A stretch of 62,977 nt of DNA, the filler included, from Choristocarpus tenellus KU-1152 (Eukaryota; Protista; Phaeophyceae), in the NCBI GenBank assembly GCA_964200185.2. It is 11 parts of 11 records of this genome, joined end to end, with 100 filler letters (N's around TTAATTAATTAA, not from the genome) between each part and the next. Parts side by side here need not be neighbours in the genome. Positions count along the whole stretch, not along the records: positions 45,592 to 49,878 come from CAXNAD020015280.1; positions 49,979 to 52,570 come from CAXNAD020026464.1; positions 52,671 to 56,889 come from CAXNAD020015625.1; positions 56,990 to 59,960 come from CAXNAD020023260.1; 7 more parts are not named here. One strand, given 5' to 3'. A program made the translations under genes and the position numbers. The notes beneath the pieces are model-generated. The model was not told the origin of the DNA and did no database searches. It saw nothing but the letters and a program-made list of their open reading frames with translations. Below, in pieces: positions 48,751 to 60,060 of the stretch (position 1 is its first letter; each line of letters begins with the position of its first letter).

Positions 48751-48899
48751 ATCGTAGATGGGATCTGTTCTGTTTTGCGAGGGATACCTGATAGGGATGC
48801 AGAGCGCATATGCTTGAGAGAATGGAGTATATGTAGGAGGAAAACGCCAGATGATATATGTTGAAGTTCGTGCATGTTATTTCTGAGGCTTCGGTCTGG

Positions 48900-49620
48900 A
48901 GGTGCACGTAAAGAGTCACACTTTGCAATCCCAGTCAGTCGAGTGTACAGAGTTAAGGTTTTCCTGTTGCTGTGTGTTCTCGTGGGTGTAGTGTACGCTT
49001 CGGGAGAATTGGGATAAAGGACAAGAAATGTTCGGCAGACTTCATCATCGGGATCAGAAGTAGTAGTTGCCTGGAAATGGTTGGATCGAGGCGTGAAAAG
49101 TTTAATCCTTCATTCTCACATGCACAGTGTGAGCTCATTGTGGGGGAATTCTTCCATGGTTGGCTGGAAGATGGCTTGAACGTGTTCGTAGAACGCATCG
49201 TGGTCTATATTCATGTAGACTTTGGTTTACCACGTAGACCACCAGATCAATATACTCAATGAGTTTGGTCAATGTAAATCAATCTGGACATAGACACGGA
49301 TCAGGGGAACTCGTGTTGCTCCCCTCGCAATATTCAATATCCCCCCTGCCGAACATGTAATAGTTAGTAATAGACAGCTTCTAAACAGGGAATGTTGAGA
49401 ATGAGTCTATCTACGTGTACAACGGACTAATTCATTCCTCCTTTTCCAATATGATTGGCTCTTGTGAGGTATGGTTCTTATTTGTTGTAATTTCAATTTC
49501 AATTAAATACCTTTTCTCCAAAATAGGTGTTTCTGGAGATATCCTCTATTTGATGTATAATATAGAGTAATTTATGTGCGACCCTTCTTAAATCTAAGGT
49601 CCCTAGTTGATGCAATATGT
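48900..49620 (-). mobile_element. Penelope-like retroelement relic 4
   Basis: VRQGDIEYCEGSNTSSP (QxxGxPMGxNxSP), EFPHNELTL/CENEGLNFSRLD (IYPxELxL...TFLDL), FLSFIPILP. Confidence 0.5.
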
Positions 49621-50275
49621 ATGATTTTGTCTTAGAACATCTTCAATATATCTGCCAAATGGGAGAGGACAAAATAATATGATATATTATAATATATAAT
49701 ATTTATATTATTATGCCCTCGGACATTTTGCAGATTATCAGGCAGGGAGAAAACCAATGAAAACTATACACATGTCGTTATTAGCCCTAAAGAAATAACA
49801 ATTTGGCGTAGCCTGGATTAAACTACTTCTTTCCGGCCGTATCCTCCAGCTCCTCTCCCTCCTACCATGTGAGTAGCCNNNNNNNNNNNNNNNNNNNNNN
49901 NNNNNNNNNNNNNNNNNNNNNNTTAATTAATTAANNNNNNNNNNNNNNNNNNNNNNNNNNNNNNNNNNNNNNNNNNNNCCCCCCCCAGATACTTTGACCC
50001 TTGAATGTATTTTTCACTGGGGTGCTGCTGTCTACCTGTGGCTGGCGATTCAGGTATTGATTTGATACTGGTTCTTCACGGATCTTCATGTTATCTCAAA
50101 CTTTGATTACGATCCAAAATAAATTCCGAGGAGGGGACAGAGAGATGGAGGGTGTCTCTCGTAGCTAACAGCCATCCCTGACAAAACCCTGGACACTATT
50201 ATGTTGATTTCCGTTGCAAAGATGCCAAGGTCTATCAATGTAGTGCTCCCTCAGCCAACGAGCCGTTCTCTTTTG

Positions 50276-50579
50276 GAGTGAAAGTATCTTATTAAGAGAG
50301 GGTACGAGTTTCGTCCTGTTTGTCCATTCTGGGGGCTTGGCTTCCCATGTGTTCTTTTATGACATTTTCTTACTCCGAAATGTTTTGGAGTAGTAGGTAA
50401 AACCCTAACCCTAACCCTAACCCTAACCCTAAAATGCATACATTATGAAACGTTGTGTCCGGAACAAGGATATTGACACTTCCTAACAAACACGATAGCC
50501 AAAATTACATCAAAATCGGAACATTGGATGTTGACCCCCAAAGGGAACTGGCTCTACCCCCTAAGATATACTTCGACTC
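50276..50579 (-). mobile_element. MITE A copy carrying an inserted (CCCTAA)5 tract
   Basis: TIRs, 3-bp TSD TTG; telomeric tract 50403-50432 absent from the other copies. Confidence 0.9.
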
Positions 50580-50655
50580 TTGGGGAGAGAGTGCAACACG
50601 ATGCGGCATAGGTGCACCCTTGCCATCCGTTAAACTACCTTCACTGCCCGTGCAG

Positions 50656-51109
50656 AGGTTTGGAGTAGCTCAGTCGGTGTGTTCCCAGATGACGTCAATG
50701 TGGTCTGGGAACACACCGGCTGCACCCCTGGACCGAGCCTCTGCAGCAACAGCACAGGTGATTCAATCGATGTCGAGAGCTTGAACCAATGCCATAGGGG
50801 TGAGGGCATAGGGACATTTGTGATGGGAGAGAACTACACATTAGATCTTGTGTCGAGGTCGTTCTATTCTATTGAACTCGTGCGCAATATTTCTCTTGCC
50901 TGCACCTGCTCTCACCTCAAATCGTTTCCGTGGGGTCGTTCGTGATTCTTTCGAGTGCAAACCATAAAGTGTTTTTTTTTTTCTTTTTGAGTGCTAACCC
51001 GCTGGACGTGTGCCGACAAACAAACTACTATTGAAACGCCCGTCATAAACTATCTACTCTTTTACTATGATATTGTGTGTATCAATATATGAATATATGA
51101 ATTATGTGC

Positions 51110-51153
<44 letters not shown>

Positions 51154-52108
51154 CAAGCCCTCCTCATGCTGAAGCTGAACCTTCAATCACATACCCAACC
51201 CCTTATTGCAAGCTGCCGTTCTCCCCTATGAAACCTTGTTTGCTGTTATTTCCAAGCCCCCGCCCACGTCCTCACTCCCTGGAATGCTCAGCGTCCACTT
51301 CTTGGCTTCTGTACGATCTTCGAAAAGATTGCTGCAAGGGGAAAATCAAAATGCAATTGCCTGCCAGAATCCAAAGTTCCTCGCCTTTGCCTGATTGAAC
51401 GTTTGCTGCCTACAGCAATTTCCGATCACTTCTTACTACTAATATTACATCTCTCTGTGACATAGTCTCTCTTCACTGATTCTTGGTTGATGTTTACCCA
51501 TGGAGATATATCCCATTTGTTTTAAGCTTAGGAGCTGAACCATCAGAGGGCAGGATTCATGGCGCTGTGTTTTGCGTCGACTCAATGCCCTGCTGTGCCT
51601 CTATTTTTCAAATGTCAAAGTTGTCATTGATTATGACAACTAGGGATGAAAACAGTGGGTAGTGGTGGAAAGTCCTCTCATGCATGGTGTCTTGATATAG
51701 TGAGGAATGGTGTCCACTTCGTCTTGCAAACTTTGCCCTTGTGTCTTGAGGTAGCACCTTGTATATATACATACATAAATATATATATAATTTTTTTTTT
51801 ATTCCTTAAAGGAGTGGTGCCCTAACCCTTGCACCAGGGTGGGCTATGCCCCTCTCTTTTTATTCCTACTTTCCCAGTGTTCTAAGTCCCATGCAATCGG
51901 TCACTCCCTCACTCGCTCATGCTCTCCTGAGACCCGTTCCACTCTCCAGGGTATTGACTAAATAAACACTACCTTCTCCTTCTGCTACTGTTCCTCCATT
52001 TTGCTCAGGTTCAATCCCCCCCTCCCAAGCAAAAAAACCCACATCACAGTGGGATTCTTTCCAGCGAGAAAAATGGTAGCTGGGGACAATGTGACCGTCG
52101 TTCTGAAG
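50656..52108 (+). CDS. Putative internal exons of an uncharacterised protein
   Basis: AG/GT-bounded open segments ~50656-50857 (VFPDDVNVVWEHTGC...YTLDLVS) and 52009-52108 (FNPPLPSKKTHITVGFFPARKMVAGDNVTVVLK). Confidence 0.4.
51109..51151. repeat. (TG)n microsatellite
   Basis: Perfect dinucleotide tract. Confidence 0.95.
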
Positions 52109-53989
52109 GTAGGGTTAGGGTTAGGGTTAGATTGCATCCTATGAGGATGCGGCGGAGGAAATTACGGAGGCTTTGGCAAGAGTTCCCTTAAACACCTCTC
52201 GTTCTGTTGCCTCCAACTACTATTTCGAAGCACCACAATACATTTTGATGTCAGGCCAGGCTCCTCCGCATGGAGACCATCCCTCTAACTGCAAAGGTCG
52301 AAAAAGGAGCAGGAGTGCAATCGTGAGGCTTACAGTATATTAGAGGGGGGTAAGGGCGTCCATTGGGGGCCCTTGTGACCCTATAGTGATTTTCTTGTCA
52401 TTTGAGTGAACGTGTCAGGTGTAAGGCAATTTTACTCCATCTGGGGGTACCTATATTCCCCTGCTTGAAACAGATCCGAGGGAAATCCCACGCATGTTGG
52501 GCATCAAGCTGGGGGGGGGGGTGTTATTACTCCTCATCAAGTCTCGATTAGACGACCTGGCCTAATTCCCNNNNNNNNNNNNNNNNNNNNNNNNNNNNNN
52601 NNNNNNNNNNNNNNTTAATTAATTAANNNNNNNNNNNNNNNNNNNNNNNNNNNNNNNNNNNNNNNNNNNNCACACAAAGGTCACTCTTCTCTTCTTTCAA
52701 CCATATGATCACGTTCAGCAAAGGGGGTCGTGTGAGGCTTCACACCTTCTTATCTTCACTACTAACAAATAGTATTACCTCCCAAGGCAATTTGCACAAT
52801 TTGTCCAGTCTTACTATTATATATAGCGAACAATCATAATGGAGTAGGATGTAAAAACACCCTATTCTGGAGGTAAAATGTTGTTTCAATGTTCTGTAAA
52901 CGTTCAAAGGTTGGGGAACCTCCCCACTTCTTGCTAGGGATTTTCCCCCAACCTTTAAAAATTGAATGAAAACTTTTCGCAAATTCCACATAAGTTGGCG
53001 TGCGTTTTGCGTCTAATCTCTCCACCCTGTTTTGCTTATACACTCCCTACGATTAATAAGAATGAAAAAGACAACGTTGTACCCAAACGTCAATTTCAAT
53101 TTGTTCGGAGGGGGGAAATAGAAAAAGTAAAAGAGTCTTTGAGAAGAGTTTAAAAACAGGGGAGGGGGTGCTCCCTAAACAGGGGCGATTCCGAAGACCT
53201 TTGGACTATTTCGATGAGCAAGTGGTAAGGAATCACTTCTTTCAGGACGAACTTCAGCTGGAGTAAAACCGACCAATTTGGTACAATGATAAGAATGCAA
53301 AGACTCAAGGACAAGTTTTCTTTCACTTTATTTATTTTCAGATATTAATGATAATACTGATATTTTTAAAGATGTGGTGCACAGAATGTGGATGATATTG
53401 TAATGGATATCCATCCCATGATGTGATTATTACGATTGACTGTAGAGATGTGCAGAGAAAAATAAGTAGTACGACGAGTAATATTAGAAATACATTATAT
53501 ACAATATATTTTACTACTTTACTCTACTGCTACTTCTACCACGGTAAACCCAGGTTTGGTGCCATTACTGTACTACAGCAATAGTACTACAACTCTTGTA
53601 TGTTATCTTGTGTACAACTACCTGTAGATTTATTATACTTCAATATTCAACCCTTCTTACAAAGAAAGTGAAAGTGTCCAAGTATTATTTAATAAATATT
53701 TTGTAATGCCAGGCACCCCAAGCCCTTGATTCCCTAGCCTTGCTTGTTGCACCCATCTTATCATACGCAAATGAGGTGCTTGTTGTTGTAATGTTGCTTC
53801 TGGCTGGGTGGTTGAGGCACTTTGTGCAACAGTGGGGAATAAACGTAAAAAAATGTGAGGGGGGTGTCTGGTGATAACCCCCTCTAGAACCGTGCACGAC
53901 ATGTCAACAATATCATAACAACGTAGGCCAATCCATAGTGCGAGAAGGGGGGCGTTTCAAATGCGATGCAATATTTCCCCCACACTCAC

Positions 53990-55425
53990 TGCCCCATGTT
54001 ACAATGCCCAAGGTTGTAGGTATGAAGATACTGAAATACAATTGGCTCACTGGAGCCAGAAGTTTTGCAAGGTTTTTTCTCGAGATGTTAATATTGCAAC
54101 TTACCATGGAAGCACTACTAATGTCACATGAGACTGGTGCCTTGACGGTAAGGTGGTATATCATAATCCCGATAGGGCCCACTGGTTTGTCATCAGCAAG
54201 CATAGCATGGTCGTAGTCTGCCATCACGGTCATCAAGAAAGAGCATACTTGAAACCTTTGGTTTTCACGTTCGCAGTACTTGGTCCTTCCTAATGGGTCC
54301 TCCTGTAACTGTCAATTTCTACGGTATCCGCATTGTTGCTGACATTCAACGACTGTGCATCATTCTGCCTCCCAACCATTCTCTCAACAATTATGTACTT
54401 ACCTGAGCCAAACCAATTGAGGGATATAGGCAGGGTTACATTTTAAGGACCCCAAGAAAGGTACAAAAAGAAGTCATTTTGTGCAATTGCAAAGAAATAT
54501 ATTTTCCTGAATAATTGTGTCACTTTGCGTGTGGAAAGGGGGAATATCACTTATGTGTACACTATGGTCGACATGAAGTAATGAAATAGAGTGTATCGCA
54601 CCGGGTATGAAAGACGGCTCTAAATGCAAAAGGGGTTCAACTTTCCTATCTTTCAATTGGTCTGACCGTGCGGGCTTGCCCTGGATAGAAAGGTATGAAA
54701 ATCGCACCCCCACAACAAACATGCGAAAACCGCTTCCCAGGTGTTCGCAAAGGTTGGTAGAGGGGATGAAGCTTGGGAAAATACGAAATGGCTTCCAAGA
54801 AATACAACCCCCTCCCTCAAACAGAGTGTCTCAAAGGCATGTAACATGCAATAACATACAAATATATACTTGCAGTAACGTATATTTCCTTGTGGTGGTG
54901 GTGCATCTCGAAAAACGCTCTCAGGATTGAAAAGACAATACGCACACTCACAGAGGTAATCCAAGGACAAAGTTTTGAACCGACTATCTGACAGGCATAC
55001 AGGCATGGTACTGTAGTCATACTAGCAATAGGACAAGATTCATTTGGGTGGATTATAAAGTGTCGCATAGTAGCCAAATTCTTTGCCCACAAATATGCTG
55101 CTTTTCGTGCTATAACCCCCCTAAATGCCGATTTTCCTTGGTATAATCAACACAGTAAGATGGTGAACTAGATGCGTGACAAGCAGCATAAAACTTTACA
55201 AGGTTAATCAATGTCCGCATTGTTACCATTATTATAGTTGAAATGATTCTAAATTTTGAGGCTCACACATTGTTAAATACTCCCCAATGGGCAGAGAGAG
55301 GTGTAAGGTCTTCAGCGTCTGGGTCTGGATGAGGCAGATACTCCACCTGAATCGGTGCCTTGGCCAGGTTTCTGTATTTGCTGGCTTTCATTATACCTTT
55401 ATCATCATAAATCCCATTGACACAC
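53990..55425 (-). CDS. Uncharacterised multi-exon gene, partial
   Basis: Phase-0 exons ~55120-54953 (GVIARKAAYLWAKN...CPWITS), ~54302-54105 (EDPLGRTKYCE...SSASM) and ~54033-53993 (YLHTYNLGHCNMG) with strong GTGAGT/GTAAGT donors; a further candidate exon at ~55425-55281. Confidence 0.5.
54405..54668 (+). mobile_element. MITE family B copy (intronic)
   Basis: Starts GAGCCAAACCAATTGAGG; collinear with 42283-42540. Confidence 0.75.
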
Positions 55426-57643
55426 TAGGGTCTTCCTAGCCACAGCATCAAGCGTATTAGGTCTTGTTCCCTACCGCAGTTGGACAAATATGCTGCTGAG
55501 CTGGGTACATATTCTTTAAGAGCTTTCTATTTTATCTTCATTAGCAATCTCATTTTATTCTGTACAGTCTTCATTCCCTCCTGCAGCCCACACCCGTTTC
55601 TTGTGTACATGCTTGGTAATGCCCGACATGATATAGTCTACAGAGGCACTGATACTTGAGTAGCAATTGGACCATGATCAGAAAGTGGTGATTGTTGTTG
55701 CCTAAGAGAGCTGCATGGTGACACTGTTGGTCAGCACATTGCTGAAGGTCTTTGCTCAGTCTTCTTGGCTTGGGTAGAGGGCTGCTTGCTGTTGTACTGG
55801 CCATGGAACTGGAGCTAATCATCGCCAAAGTGTTAATGCACATCATTCAATTAACTTTAGTTCTGACCTGCATTATGTACTGATTCCTCCTCTTGATAAA
55901 CAAGAGAACATTGACAATCCAAACTAGTAATATATCATTAAGATGCTTGAAGTTGAATGCATGAAATTGTCAGGTCTGATTATAGCTGCACATCTGAGAC
56001 AACACTCTACACAACTCTCTTACACACAGTAAGCAAACAATAAACAATGAAAACATTCCTTGGGTATGATGGAACAGTAAGAACCGCCAAGGCCTCCAAA
56101 ATCTCCCTCCCCCTCCTTCCCCGTTTCCCTTTCAATACAGACATTCAATAGCAGCAGGGGGGGGGAGAAGGAAATGTCAAGCATTGGATGGGATGACACA
56201 GATTGCACAAAAAGCAACCATAGGCAGACAAGCAGAATCGTCTCTGTGCCACAATGTACAAATAAGATGCACTTCCTCTCCAAGCCCCCCTTGCAAAAAA
56301 AGCACCAATTATCACTTCACATTTTTGGCTGTGGCTACTCTATTCCAGTGCCTGAGATAGTCACCAAACCGGTGTACCCCAGAGCCCTCTAGACTTTTGT
56401 ACATGCCTGTCAACTCAGGGAGAGTGAGGGTGCACTGATCAAGTTCCATGGTAGCCCAAGGTTGTTTTACCTACTCTGAGCACTAGTTTACAAAAGTCAG
56501 CTTCTGACTTATTGTCACTGCAATGAGTACAACATAACAAGACCACACGGTACTTTTACTTGGAACAATCCAGAGTACCAGTCATCAAACAACCCTCCTC
56601 CCAAACACAAAAAGCACCAGTATACACACCTCCTACATCCCACACATATATACTTGGGGGCAGACTCTTTACCAGCACTGTACCAGCACTAATGTCCTAC
56701 ATAAGCAGTACTATCATCCTAGTGTCCCTCCCCAAAAGAGTCCACAGAGGAGCAAAAGATACACTCCCACTACACAGAAGAAAATATGTACAACCATTTC
56801 AAACAAACTAAAAAAGAAATACATGCATGTCCAACTCAAATCAATCCGCGTTCTTCTCCACCCCCCCCACCCCCCCCCCCCCCCCCCCCNNNNNNNNNNN
56901 NNNNNNNNNNNNNNNNNNNNNNNNNNNNNNNNNTTAATTAATTAANNNNNNNNNNNNNNNNNNNNNNNNNNNNNNNNNNNNNNNNNNNNGGGGGACTTGT
57001 TTGTCAAAAATAGGGTATACCTCAAGATTACCTCTGCCAGTGCTACACACCAGTAACCCCTCGAATAAACACTCTACCTGCCTGTGCCTAGCATCAATAT
57101 GAGTAAAATAAAAAAAGCACTCACACAGATACAAAAAATATTATGTCAGAAAAAAAATCTAAAGAGCATATATTTTCGTCGAGTCGAGTTTTTTGTTTTT
57201 TTTAACGGCCCCATTGACTGTCTTGCGATACATGTGTTTGACCACACTGGAAGGCGTTTTTGGTCAACTGTCTATCTGTTCACAGCTAACAATAAAATTA
57301 TTCTACCGAAAAACGCTCTCCTACGTGGGGGGGGGTGGGGGGGGGTGGGGGGCGCACCAGGTTCAAGGTTAAGAAAAAATATTCAAATTCAAAAAAGATC
57401 AAAATAAATATAAATAAATAAATCCTGTTGTTTTTTATGGTTTCAATGTAGGTATGTCGTTGGGTTATTTCTTTTTTCGTTTTTACCAAAAAAAAAATCT
57501 TCTTCCGTTGATCAAAATGTTTAAAACGTAGCATGTGCTCTTTTCGAACTTCAAAATGGTACTAAGGGGTATTACTCTTTTTTTTAGATATCGTACATCC
57601 CTAACGCCCGGTCGGTCAATAGTGTGTATTGTATAGTACGTCA

Positions 57644-57738
57644 TACAAGACAAAAGAAGATACACCTCTTTCAGTCACACAAGACAAAAAAGATACATCC
57701 CTTTCGGTCACACAAGACACAAAAGAAGATACACCTCA
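57644..57738. repeat. ~33-bp tandem repeat, 3 copies
   Basis: ACAAGACAAAA(G)AAGATACA(C/T)C units. Confidence 0.75.
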
Positions 57739-58279
57739 TAAAATCCACTTCAAAAAATAAAAAACAATGCAATACTAAAGTTTTTAAAAAGAAAAAAAGC
57801 ATCTCACTCGGTTGACGATACTTTACGATACAGTAATGATACAGTGATGATACACTAATGATACACTAATGTACCGTGAAATACCGGATGCAAAACGTAA
57901 CGACCCAGGTACCACCGCCTTCCATAGATAACTACATGGAGGTACAATGTACCTTTTCCTGCAACACAATCATTACTTTCCACAAGGCACGCACACGTCT
58001 CTCTCTCTATATATATATATATTGATTATGTCTGTACTATGTAACTCTATATATATATATATATATATATTTATGTATTACGTATGTATTATGCATTTAT
58101 TATATATGTATTATGTATGTATTATGCATTTATTATTTATGTAATGTGTATGTATTATGCATATATGTAATATGTATGTACGTATTATGTATGTGTTATG
58201 TATGTATTATGTAACTCTGCAGTTGAATATTGTGATTATGATTGTGATTGTGATTATGATTATGATTGTGATGACTCAC

Positions 58280-59108
58280 CCTTTCCTTTCTGTTTCCCAT
58301 TATTCCTAGGGTCCCGTCGGAATCCCTCACAAGGATAAGGCAGCCTAGTAGGCATCTGCACAAAGTAGAGATTGTTCTCCTCCTCCTCAACCACAGCCTC
58401 TGGGTACTGGGCAAGAAAACACCAGATAACACACAAAGGGACACTCAAGGGGTAAGGTAAGGGGACTGAGGGAAGGAGGGAGGCTAGAAGTATCTCCTGA
58501 AATGTTGGCCCAGTAAAGTTGCATCAATTTTGACAAGAATATTCCTTTAGATCACCCCTCTGAAACAAGTTTGGCGCAACAATGATAGAAATAGTTGAAA
58601 CAGGGGTTTCAATATTGAATTTTCAGGGGGGGGGGGTTGCTGTGTAAGCAATGCCATCATTTACTGTTCACACACACAATATATATATGTATATATAAAA
58701 ATAAGATAATCAAATACGTATACATATATAGGACTCCATACAGTTAAGGACTTCGAGAATCCTTTTTCTTATTGATACACAAGAACATACACCACAGAGC
58801 CTTTTTCACAAGCATACATGGTGAAGTACTCATACCAACTCCAAAAATAACTTAACAGTATTACCTAAAAATAACTTAATAACACCATTATCTAAAAATA
58901 AAAACAAAAATATTACCCATCGAGAAACAAGGCAATGCTTGCTTCTCAGAGGTGGCAACAAGGGGAGGGAGGTCAACCATGGTAGTAAGGTCAACCATGG
59001 TAGTAAGGTCAACCATGGTAGTAAGGTCAACCATGGTAGTGGTAGTAATAGCACACCGTTGGGGGACAGGGTAGAGGTTTCTTCAAACGTAAACGCAGTG
59101 TCGCAGGG
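58280..59108 (-). CDS. POLR3D: RNA polymerase III subunit RPC4-like, internal exons
   Basis: Exons 59108-59057 and 58406-58280: PATLRLRLKKPLPCPPT|YPEAVVEEEENNLYFVQMPTRLP; the acidic stretch plus LYFVQMPxxLP resembles the start of the RPC4 domain (LFFFQLPxxLP). Confidence 0.5.
58970..59042. repeat. 18-bp tandem repeat x4
   Basis: GGTCAACCATGGTAGTAA. Confidence 0.9.
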
Positions 59109-59275
59109 CTAGAACATAACACAACATAACATAACACAACAACGATTCAAAACACAGGGTTACACACACACAATACACAATGTTTTTTTCATAATTATAG
59201 AGCACGATCAATCGTTTTCACGGTACTTGCCTCAGAACTTTCGAGGTCCATCACGGTACTGACTCCACACCTCTT

Positions 59276-59515
59276 ACGGTACAATCACGGTACAATATGG
59301 AGAGGTTTTTAATCACGGTACAATCGCGGTACAATATGGAGAGGTTTTTAATCGCGGTACAATCGCGGTACAATATGGAGAAGTTTTTAATCACGGTACA
59401 ATCGCGGTACAATATGGAGAGGTTTTTAATCGCGGTACAATCGCGGTACAATCGTGGTACAATATGGAGAGGTTCTTAATCACAGTACAATCCGGTACAA
59501 TATGGAGAGAGGTTT
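59276..59515. repeat. 39-bp minisatellite, ~6 copies
   Basis: CGGTACAATCGCGGTACAATATGGAGAGGTTTTTAATC(A/G); a detached partial unit at ~59826-59870. Confidence 0.9.
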
Positions 59516-60060
59516 AACTACACAAGTGGCACTGTCTAGACAGCTCATGTGTTTCAAGCCGGAATCACCAGGGAGATAGGCACGGAGGGGATTATTATAT
59601 TTGTGGGATGCCTCCCTAGCTCCTCCCGGGGCACAGGTATAGGTAGGTAGATTGGAGACACAGGAGGGCAGTAGTACAACATAGATAGTGGTGAAGTAAC
59701 AAAAAGATCATGTTTTTGACATTTATGACATTTTATTTCTTTAGGGCTTATACTGACATGTGAATAGTTTCCATTGGTTTCCCCCCTGACACATCTGCAA
59801 AATGTCAGAGGGCATAATAATAAAAATATAGAGGTTTTTAATCACGGTGCAATCTCAGTACAATCGCAGTATGGCCTACCATTAACACTCAAAGTGTCTG
59901 GGGGGGGGGGGGGGGGGGAAATGTTTTTTTTTTTTTTGTGCTCCCTGTTGTTTTTTTTTTNNNNNNNNNNNNNNNNNNNNNNNNNNNNNNNNNNNNNNNN
60001 NNNNTTAATTAATTAANNNNNNNNNNNNNNNNNNNNNNNNNNNNNNNNNNNNNNNNNNNN

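Noticed and set aside
59276-59515. CRISPR-like array
   Set aside because: Units are head-to-tail with no unique spacers, there are no cas genes and the context is eukaryotic; the ORFs on both strands are by-products of a 39-bp period.
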